Below, piece after piece: positions 11,937 through 23,900 of a stretch of DNA of 64,000 nt. Position numbers and translations under genes: made by a program. The stretch lies in contig JAQGDQ010000038.1 of the NCBI GenBank assembly GCA_030141605.1, positions 558,001-622,000 of the forward strand, written 5' to 3'. Source of the DNA: Tubiluchus corallicola (taxonomy: Eukaryota; Animalia; Priapulida). The notes beneath the pieces are model-generated. The model made no database searches and was not told the origin of the DNA. It saw only the letters and a program-made list of their open reading frames with translations. How positions within the stretch are numbered: position 1 is the first letter of the stretch; the number at the start of each line of letters is the position of its first letter.

Positions 11937-14900
11937 ATGGGCTGTAGTCGTTGGCAGCAATTACGCTTACTTCTCTGGAAGAATTATCTACTGCAGAAAA
12001 GGCAGATCATCGTGACATTTTTTGAGATAGCAATTCCTACTGTTCTTGCAATAGTACTTATTTTAATCCGCATCTTGGTGGACAACGAATACATTGGTGT
12101 GTTTTTGTTTGACACTTTTTTATCCACTTTGTAACTTATTTCAAGAATATATAGCATAGTTAAAATAGCAAGATATATAGTATAGCATAGCATCAATTAT
12201 AAATTTAATAAGACATCATAGTTTCAACATTAAAGGAAAAGGTAAATGTTTTTGAGGCTTTTTAAAAGGTTCTGTGCGTTAAATTATAAATACAACTTGA
12301 TCAATGATTTAAAAGGCTTTTAGTACTGTTAGCTGTAGACACCCCAGCTATCTATATTGTAGTCATAAAGTCCATTTTAATTTAAATTTACATGGATTAA
12401 ATTTTGAGAGCTCAAAAAATTTGAGAGCAGCTTAATAACAAGGACTGTCTGTAAAGTATATGTTTTTTGCCAAATTCCCTACAAAATAATTGTATTTTCT
12501 GTATTTTCTTTTTTTCACTTGATTAAGATGCCACTCATTGGTTTGATAGTATTTTTAACATTTTTTACCCTAACCACTTGGCTTCTATAGAATGGCTGTG
12601 ATCTGACCTAAATCAGAGTTCTCTTCCTTGAGTATAGAAAGCAATTTATTGTTGATTACTGATTGTCTATTAATTAAACCAGTATTTCAGAATGTCAATT
12701 TTAAAGTGACATTAGCCTTTCTCCTAAAATGTAACATTTTTTGAAACTGGTTGGGTGGTAAAAACCTTTATTTTTAATATTTGTTGGCATTTTCAACTGT
12801 TGCTGATTTTCACTCAGTGCTGTGTCGTTTACAGTGTTGACTTGATTTTTGTTTACAGTCTAATATTATCAGTTTATTGAAATCAGACAAGCCTTGTTTC
12901 AGAGTTAATTATACAGAATTTCTTTCATGAAAATTATAAATAGTTAATCACTAAAAATTGGTTACCTTTCCTATTTTCAATCACGTCAAATTGTCAATTC
13001 TTTTTCAGCTGTTTCTTGACTCATTGACCAATTTTCCACAAAATTTCATTGAGATGTCTTGTAGACGTGGATGTCAAAACCGATTTTCCCATAAAAACAA
13101 TAATAAATCTAGAATAATTATTATGATTCTTTTTTTGCAATTTCCTAACCAGAAAATTTTGCTCATATAATGTGCAGCGCAATATGTTTAGTAAATTTTT
13201 TGCATTTATTACTCCTATTTTTTTAGAAAATGCAACAATATATGAGCCATATTCCATAGAGCAACTTCCATCTAACCTAACTTCACCTACTTTGGAACCA
13301 TGGATACTAGCATATTCTCCAGACCACAATGGCGTACAGCAAGTAATGCAACAAGTGGAAACACAACTACAAGTGAAAGGTGAAACTTATTAAACATTTC
13401 GTAAATTGTGCAATTAGAAAACAGAAGCTGTTCTAATTTATAGTATATGAAATAGCAAGGAAATTAAAGCTAGGGTTTAACGTCAATGTTTTGACACTCC
13501 TAGAGGAGTTTACTGTCTAAGCTGGGTTCTATAAATACGCCTTGCTTGCATAAAGCTGCATACATGCTGTTGGTGGTAATAACACACATTATTTGTCCAT
13601 GGAAGAACTGCCTGTTGTTTTACTACAAACGTTCCGATACAATTATACATTACTCATTATGTATATTACATACATTTGGAATTTCGGATTAAAAGACTTA
13701 GCACTTAAGAATGTGTCTAGAAAATTTTGCTTATTGTTCAAAATAGTCTAAAAGTTTCATTGCCGTTTGAATAAAAGAGAATATTGTATCATGCTTAGCA
13801 AATAATGACAAAGCCAAAAGAGTTTGCGCTACAATTGCAGAATGCTGTTCAGGATTATGGAAACAAAATTGGCATCATCCTACTATCACAGTGATCATAG
13901 GCTAGAATCATTTATACTGTAGGGTACTTTACAATCACAAGCTGATCGTAGATTTTTTGTAACCAGTGTCAACAGTTAAAATTTTTCAAAAGCTCGTCAG
14001 GATTGTAGCGAAATGCTGAGCGAGACTCTAACCATGACTATAGTGTCATCATTTCAGAATCAGCATGTTTTGCTGTTTAATTGTAGCAGAAACTCTCTTG
14101 TGTATCCCACGAAAACCTTGTTTGGCCTTGTTGGTTTGTGAATTTATAGTAAATCTCTAATTACCACAAGTGCAAATTGCTTCTTTTTGAAATCTTTAAC
14201 GGAGACACAAATGTTACAGCCGTGGTGTGCTCGAGTAATACAAGAATTCGTAAATTTGAAATAAAATGTAGGGAATTTACTATACTATATTAAGAAAGAT
14301 ACGATAGTACCTTTACAATAAAAACTTCCAGTGACATTGTCAACTTTCATTTCACTTTTTCTCCTTTTCACTTTCAGTCAAGGGTTTCAGTGGTGAGTCA
14401 TCTCTACTCACTTTTCTTACAAATGAATCAAATCTACAGTCTGCTTTGGGTGGTGTAGTGTTTACCAATTTATTTCCCATCGGAAACACATTTCCTACTG
14501 ATATCAAGTAAGTTTTAACTTGCATATTTTCATTCCTGATAATGTCTATCATTTTGGAAAAAGCATGGCTTCACTTGGAGGTGTTGTACTTACTTGTAGG
14601 GTAGCTTTATAATTTTATAAGTATTTTATTGCAGCCTGTTATAAAAAATATGATTTCTGCAACTGCGCTCTACATATCATTATTTTTGGTTATATGGTAT
14701 TATTTTTCTGATGTAGATACAAAATTCGATTAAAATCATCACCTCGAAATTCTCCTCATAGTGGCTCATCTGCAAACCCTTTTAGTTCTGATACCAAGTG
14801 GCAGACTCAGTCAAACTTGCCATTATTGCAAGGCTTGGGACCAAGAGAATCTACTTATTCATGGGGTGGTTCTCCAGGTTTGTGCTGTTTTTTTTTTGCT

Positions 14901-17900
14901 AACTACTGCTAAGTCATCATTGTTTTTCTTTCTAAATAATATGTTTGGAGCTGTTAAAATCTCTTTGTAAGAGTCATGTGACATTTGTCCATTCAGGTTT
15001 TTATGTTTTTATGACACTGCATGAGAATGGTGTAACGTGTCTATTAATAGGATGTTGGTAGTGAATATTTCAATGATCCTCCATTTAATCCTACATGAAA
15101 AAACTCTGGGTTTGTTGTTGTACTGAGCGTTGATTAAATTTGCAAAATTTCTTATTACTCTGCGTTATTTAGTTTGGCTGATCGTTCTTTCAAAATTTCC
15201 AAGAAAAGTACATATTTTAGAAATTCTGTTGCTTTCTGTGTGACACAGTATTTGCTTAATTATCATCTTATTTTTAGTCTATATTCAAGCAAAATGTTGA
15301 TAAGGGCAAAAAAGGCTATAGTTTAAACTCATTTTACATTCATTCGTATATTTCTGTCGTGGCAGTAATAGCTAAGGAAAAGGCGTATGAACTTATCGCC
15401 ATTCTTAAATGCTTCTACACCGAGTTTTGATCACTTCAAATTTTAACATAGATTAATCCCAAACTATTCCTGTTTAAGTTTTCAATGTGTCAGATTTTGC
15501 CTCACTACTGCCTGAGTGTCATGCGAAATGTTACATCCTCCTGTACTAAATCATTTTTATTGTTATATGCCTTTAGGTTATATGAGAGAGGGCTTTCTAC
15601 CCTTGCAACATGCCATTAATAAGGCAATTATTCAACTTCTGTCTAATGTTACTGCCAAGAGCTTGAAAGTTCTAATGGACAGGTATGATGGTTGTCTTAA
15701 CTTGGGTGTTTTGTGTTCAGTGAATTTAGCTGTAATCACGTTTGTTTTTTCTGCCCATGTGAAACTAACTGATGTTTTTATTATTATTATTGTGCTGTAC
15801 TTAGACAGTTGTACTTGTAAAAGTGCTTGATAAAATGTAACTGATATGCCAGTAAAAGTTTACTGTGATGACCCGCAAATACATACCACGTTTAGAACTA
15901 GTATATTTAATTTATGGTATGGTCGTAATGGTTTCGTGTATGCTATAGAATACAAATGGCGAGCATTATTAACATTGTTTAAATTTGAGCGACATTTGCT
16001 GAATTTTTTTTTTGGTTTAATTGAATTGTTTTAACATTCTATATACTAGCCTGTATGCTTGTTAAAAATCATATAATGAATCTAGCAAAGAGAATATTGG
16101 TAAATATGTTTACCTGCTTCAAATATCTGGTTTTGAGGAGGAATACATTAGCCGAGCTAATATTTATAGGACCTTAAATTCAGTTATATCGATGCTGTCT
16201 ATAATTGTTTTAGATACAATTTGGTTCAGTGCAAGCCAGCCTGCACTAGCATTAGTAGAGCCTGTTCACGTAAATTACATCATTGATGTGCTTTTCAACT
16301 AACTCATTATTAAGAATTATTTTAGGCAGTCTCTAATGTTCTTGTTTCTCTGCTCATCTTAAATGAGGCACTGAACTTGCAGAGAAGATGCAGGCGATTT
16401 AAAAAGTATATATATACTTTCTCTTATACAAAAATAGCTGGCACAGCATTGCAGATCAAACTGCCCAGTATTTTGGCAATCTGGTTAATATGCACACACA
16501 GTAAAATTTAACTTCGTAGAATGCATCATAACCACTTAGTTATCTCTTTGGCATCTATTGCATTATTTTGGCTCATAATATTCATAATGTTTACGTGCTA
16601 TTAGCTATTGTTGATCTAACGTGTGCTGTCTGTTACATATATTTGTGTCTTTTGTTTAATGATGAAAACGTTATTATTTTGATACAGCTTCAACGTTTGA
16701 CGTTGCATTAAGTCGTTGTGTTACAGATACCCATATCCACCATATAATGATGACAAATTTGTTACTGTGATACAGCTTCAGCTTCCTGTGGTACTGATGC
16801 TCAGCTTTGTGTTCTGTGTGCTAAACTTCACGCGAGATGTTGTACACGAAAAGGAACAAAAATTGAAGGCAACTTATTTTCTTTCTTTTGCTTTGCGTTT
16901 TTTTGGCCTCATTACTATAGTCACTTTTGATAAAAACATTTCTGAGATGCTTCCTCTTTTTTAAGAGCAATAAAGAAACCAGATATAATTGGCTTAGTTT
17001 GAGAAGAAGGAATGCTCCTCATCGCTATTCAAAAATGCAAATTCGTACAAACTTTGACACCATTAACCAGTTACAGTTGATTTATTGATGAACTTACAGC
17101 TGTGTGGTGCTGGTAATATTAATACTGGTTTATTATATTACTGGGAATTAAAATCTTAGATAGGAGACTTGTAAATTTAATGTATCAATGTGAATAATAA
17201 TTATTACACCCTGTGACAATATCACTGTGGTAATTTTGCAATTTCATTTTTGCAGGAATCAATGAAGATAATGGGTCTAGATAACTGGCTGCACTGGACA
17301 GCTTGGTTTATGAAATGTCTTTTTTTCCTCACGATGACCATTATACTAATGACGATATTCTTCGTCATTCCTGTTGGAAAACATGGCAGCATTATCGGCA
17401 AGAGTGATCCCACTGTTATATTTGTGTTCCTGTTTGTCTATGCAATTGCTACTATATCATTTTGTTTCATGGTCAGCGTTTTCTTCTCCAAAGGTTTGTA
17501 GATTTTTCACATGCATGTGACTCGCTTATGGGATTCTACTTGTCTTAGTTTTTCAGTGAGGAAATAAAGTTGTGAAATGCTGTTCAGCAATAAAAAGTTA
17601 CAAGCGTTTCCCTTCAGATTACATTTTTTATTGTTGATAGTTGTAACCTACCTCAGTGACTAATGAGTGCTTTTACTGGGGCTTACTCTTAACAGATTTT
17701 CACACACGTTATCTGTGCTGAGGTGCATTAAGCTCAATGCTATGCAATTTTCTTATAAGACAGAACAGATTTTTACACACGTTATCTGTGCTGAGGTGCA
17801 TTAAGCTCAATGCTGTGCAATTTTCTTATAAGACACAACTTTGTCAAACTTTTTGAACTTTCCTATCTTAACATTTTTTATTGAACACTTGCACACGTAA

Positions 17901-20900
17901 AACCTTAAACATGCACTGGGTGTCACATAGTTGGCCTCATGTATTGCCCTTTCCTTGACAACATGCTAATGTGAATTGTATCACTTGGGTTTAAGTAATT
18001 TGAGGACATGCATACCGCTACGTAGAGCTAGCTTTACTCCTTGGGTCTTTGTAGTGTTTGATAATAATTATTTTATGCACAATATTTAATTACTAATTTT
18101 GTTTACTTTGGAAATTACATCACTTGTATACTAGATTATTGCAAAACTGCCATTTGTTCTGTTTAACTGATTGATGGTCTGACTTTCCTGTAGCAAACAC
18201 TGCTGCTGCATCATGTGGTCCTATATGGTTCTTGTTGTTCATCCCATACTTTTTCATTCAACCAAGATATGAAATGTTGAGTCTGCCACAAAAGCTTGGT
18301 TGTTGTCTGATGTTGAACACTGGTATGTCACTTGGTGCTCAAGTCATAGGCATGTTTGAAGGAAAAGGTAAGAAATTTTTAGTCATTTATAAAACACCTA
18401 CTAAAATTAGCCTGTGCTAAAATTAATTAAGCTGTGATATTGCATACTACCTGAGTAAACACGTGAAATGCTAACTTTTTTTAATCCATAAATAGAAAGC
18501 GTAATGTGAGGAGAGCACTCTCATATGTTTACTTAACTTTTTTTATATTTCATTTTATTTAATCAGTATTTTATAGGCAAATAAATCAACTACATTATCA
18601 ACCTAAATCTTTCCATTATTTGAGAAAATTAGTTTTTGAGCAGGCACAATCAGATGCATACTTTTAGTTTTTTTACTATTATATTTGCATACCTCTGTTC
18701 CGACTTTTGTTTAACATTAAGTATTCTCTCATCATGCTCTTGTACATATTACATTTAAACAAGTTAGCAAACTATTGTTAAAAAAATCCATACATAGCCA
18801 GAAATTTTTATATTCTGCATGTAAAGTTGACTGTAATGATAATCACTAATAATCATAGGCAGACTGCTGCTTAATTGTGATCTAAGTATTGTAGTATTAT
18901 TGATGATGCCTTAACAGGGTCAGGCGTACAATGGGAGACTATAGCAGAACCAGTGTCGGTGGATGATACATTTACATTGCTTCATGTCATACTTATGTTA
19001 TTATTTGATGCTGTGCTTTATGGAGCCATTACATGGTATGTTGAGGCTATCTATCCTGGAGAGTTTGGCGTACCTTTGCCTGGTTACTTTCTGTTTTTGG
19101 TAAGTAACGTATTGTTTAAGTTTTGTGTTATCAGTCTGTAACAAATGTTGAGCATTTCACATGTACGTCTCATATATTTAAGTATATTATTATTAAGAGC
19201 AATTACCAGGTGATTATTCAAATAGAAGTGTACAGTTAATAATAATCTTAATTTCGGTAACATCAATTAATGTTCTTATAAATCACAATTTGTAATTATT
19301 AATTGATTATCTCGAAAGTAAAATTATAAATAATGAAGTTTGAATCAAGGTCTGTCCTGGTCACAATAGGACTATGTGCATTAGTGGTTTATAATGCTAA
19401 ACGTGTAATTCAATAGTTCTTGGTTCAAGCGTAAGATCACCTGTAACTTTTTCACATTTTCTCTATTTGGGTTTTAAATTTTTAATAATTGTTTGTTCAT
19501 TCTATTAGTAATTGATAATCTTTAAGTTAAAATTGTTAACATTTAATCAATTATTCTCATATTTTCTCAAAGCTGCAAATTCATTTCATTTCTTAATCTA
19601 ATCAGTTGTTAATTACTCTAGTATGATTAAACTAACACTTGGTAATATTGGATTTGTTGGTGAGCTATTAGTATCAATTTAAGTATTGCTTTTCTAATAA
19701 AGATCTGTGGAGTTTGGTGGTCTAAGATTTTCGACCTGCTCCAAAAACAGGCACATTCAAGACTTTCCACGTTTTGTTTCTTTCAATTTATTTTGGTTTC
19801 AAAATTTATGGTTGTGAAGAATCGCTCTTATTACAAAAGTACCTACCTTATTTCACTATTTAACACTTTTTCAGCCATCATACTGGTGTGGAACAGCTCG
19901 AAAACTAGACTTGGATGAAGAAGCGGAAGCGTTGCTAGGTGATTATAAATCTATTGGTGGAATGTTTGAACGTGATCCAGTAGGATTGTACCCAGGCATC
20001 CAGATGCAGCATTTACGTAAGGTATATGAAAGACACTTTTATTTAATTAACACCCTCTTATTGCAAATTAATTATTTTTTACACTGAATAAATGTTGATT
20101 GATGACAATATGTTAGTAATATGGTAGCATAAAGTTTCATTTGTTGCAGTTTAAAACATTATAGTGTGTTGGCTTTGAAAGAACAAGAGTTTCATTAGTG
20201 GATTACAGCTGAAAATGTACTGTTTAGTATACTTTTACGTTGATATTATATACGTGGAGTTGTTGGTATAGGTTTGTATGACGATTAATTTCTTATTGAC
20301 ATTCACCATAGCTATGTAAAAATTAATGGTATTTGTAAAAAAAAAAGAGAATACTGTAATCATACATCTTTAACTTTTTATCAATAACATGCAAGACATC
20401 TGACAAGTGTCTTTAAATGTAGGAGTTTGGCATGAAAGTCGCTGTTGCTGGTGTGAATATTAATGCTTATCAAGGACAAATCACTGTGCTTCTGGGACAC
20501 AATGGTGCTGGTAAAACAACAACAATGTCTATGTTAACAGGTAATCATTCTATAGTGTTTAATAGCAATTATTTAGTGGTTATGAAATGTAGTTATAAAA
20601 TGTCCATAATACATATTTAATAGATTAAATTATGTCAGAGGTTTTAAATGGTCTTATGTTTTTATTATGTAAGATATTGCATAATTTTGTGTAAAGAAAA
20701 ATTGCAATAATCCCCTGAATTTCAGAGGTGAATCTGTCCATATTATTAAAATATTTGTTACTCATACGTTGTTTTAAAGTTCTTAAATAATGCTGTTATG
20801 ATGATAAGTTTTTCATTTTGAACTTGGATGTTTTTAATTTGGTTTAAGCTGTTGTTAATGATCTTTATTTACCTAATTAGTGAAATGGCATGCTTTTATA

Positions 20901-23900
20901 TTAAACAAGATGTAATGAATCAGATGTGAATTTAACTTAAGTGGTGCCTGAGTAAAAAATCTGACACCTTTATGTATAGATTTTATCCATGTTTTTTCTT
21001 CTAAATAAATGGCAAGTAAAGTTCATTCCACACCATTGGCAGCTCATGTATAGGCACTGTGGAACTGCAGCGCCCCTTATTTTCACTCAATATTATTGCT
21101 AATATTCAATATAATACGTCTTCTTTCTTTTTTAAATCTTTCTTTATACTTGAACATGTTTGTAAGTCCTTGCACGGAATTAGAGCACATGACGGAAAAT
21201 TGTGCTTCACAGCTTCAATAACGTGGTGTTTGACTGTTGTGCACATGCGGCCAGGTGCACATGTCTGAGATAAGATGCTGCACCCTAGGTTATTAAACTT
21301 TTCGCGCAAAGTAAAACAAGAAGAATGGATTTTGTTTTTGTGAATGGATCAATTTAATCTTAAATTAACTTAATAAATTAATTAATTAGAAGGATTTAAC
21401 TTATACTGTAACAATTAGTCTATTAGTAAGTAAAAAATATTTTTTTGTTTAGGATTTTATCAAATTTACATATAAATTTTCTTTTTATATGTTTGTTTCA
21501 TTTTACACAAGATTAAAACAATGGCTAAAATTTTTCTGAAGCAGCATCCCACTGATTTTAGCTACAAGCCGCACACTGAGTTTGTAAGCATTTTGTTAAA
21601 GTATTATGTGTCTAGTCATCAATTAGAACCATACTGATGCCTCAAGATGTGATGTTCATATTTATTTTTTACTTCCATTATTACTTTCAGGTCTCTTTCC
21701 ACCAACAAGTGGCACAGCTATTGTAAATGGTTATGATATAAGGCATGACATTAGTAATGTAAGAGGCAGTTTGGGACTATGCCTGCAGCACGATGTCTTA
21801 TTTGATAATTTAACAGTGGAAGAACATTTGATATTCTTCTCCAAGGTTTGTCCGTGCAAAATTTTTTTAAATTGTGCCTATCACGTAATTGTACTGTGCC
21901 GCGTTTTATAAAATGGTTCAATTATTCTATATATATTTTAGTTAAAAGGCTGCTCTGGAGATGAAGTGAAGGCAGAGGTAACTCGAATGATTCAGTTGTT
22001 AGGCCTGGATGATAAGACTGTTGCATTGTCTAAGACACTTTCTGGTGGTATGAAGCGCAAGGTTTCTGTTGGAAATGCTTTGGTGGGAAAAGCAAAGGTA
22101 CTTAATTTTGCTACTTTTGTTTTTGAAAAACAAAATTGTAAAACTGTTGACGCTAACATGGAAATTACTATTTTTCAAAAATTGCACAACAGACACTGAC
22201 AGGCATAATTAGCAGCCAGTGTTACATTTAGAGTTATATTAGACTGCATAGAAATGGGGGAATATTGTACACCAGTTATTAGTATACTCTGTTATTGAGT
22301 TTAATGCTATTTATAAACTGTTTAGATAACCTATGATTTTCTGAGTTCAAGTACTTTTATTAGCACTAACATCTTAATTTCATTATCAGAATTTGAAACT
22401 AGGTGCATTTTTAAATTGAAGAATACAGTGTGCAGGATGTTAATGCAATGTACTTTCTTATAAATTAGATTGTGATACTGGATGAGCCTACATCAGGCAT
22501 GGATCCTGTAGCCCGCCGTTCTACATGGGATCTTCTTCAGAGAGAGCGCTCTAGTCGCACCATATTGCTTTCTACGCATTTTATGGATGAAGCGGATTTG
22601 CTGGGTGATCGTATTGCAATAATGGCTGATGGCGAATTGCAGTGTTGTGGTAGCTCATTGTTTCTTAAGAAAAAATATGGTAAGAATAACGATTACGTCT
22701 AGTATAGAAGCATATGAACTGTCTATGCTTATCTATTTGATTCTTCTATGTTACGAACTGTCTATGCTTATCTATTTGATTCTTCTATGTTACTATACAG
22801 ATCATTTCTGTAACTAACATGTGCAATGGAAAGAATCTCTGAAAGGACTGGAAAAATCATTTTTGAGATTTTTTCCCTTCATTTCAGAGGTTATTGAAGT
22901 TGTACCACCATGTAACTATGCCACCAGCAGACAAAGGAAAGAATGTTTGATTTCAAATTTTTGCACTGAGTTATGACTATGTGCACGTAGTGGCAAAGGT
23001 TACACCAAGTCTGGTCAGTAGATTGATGGTGGTAGCCTAGAAAGCTGGCTATGGAAATTTTCATTCTCTGTATCACCCTCAACGTACTTTGTTGTGTTGA
23101 GGACGGATGTATGTGAATTCGGATGTTTTCAAGATCATTTTGCCTATTTAGTGTTTCACCATTGAGGATTATCTTCCATAGAAATTCCGTTAAACCAAGC
23201 AGATACCAAATAGACTTTGTTGTTTAGTCACAAATTTCAGCTTGTTTAAGCATAGATTAATATATAACTTTTGTTTTACTTAAAAATCATATGGTTTCTA
23301 TAGGCGCTGGCTATCATATGACCATTGTTAAGGATACGCAGTGCGATGTTTCTCGTCTTTCAATGCTCATTCATTCATACATTCCCATGGCTGAGATGGA
23401 GAGCAATTTCGGAGCTGAACTGTCATTTGTTCTTCCTAGTGAATCTGTCAATCAGTTTCCAGGTTTATTTGAGCAGTTAGACACTCAAGCTAAAGAACTC
23501 GGAGTTAATGGATATGGGACATCAGTTACCACAATGGAGGAAGTGTTTTTAAGGTTGGTTTTTAGAAAATCGTAGGATCTTATCATTGCTTATGATGCAT
23601 GTTCTTTTTAAGTTGTGTGTGCTTAATGATTACACTGTTAACTTTTTGAAATATACTTATTCGACTGTGTTCACATTATGACAGCTTGCATTAGCTATGA
23701 AACTATTTCAAGCGGTCTCTTAAATCTTAAGTACATTTTTGCAATCTGTTGTTGATGGTAAAATTATTTCAATGTAAAATGATCACATTACAGTTAGTTG
23801 TATGAATGTTCCACTGTTAATTATTGTTTTTGTCCAAATCTGTATTACTTACAAATCTTAACGAATTTTTGCCGAATATCCTTTACTTTGTTAGATGTTG

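Noticed and set aside
17691-22793. Direct repeats as a possible CRISPR-like array
   Set aside because: Only two adjacent copies each with no spacers, in introns of a eukaryotic gene; these are ordinary tandem duplications.
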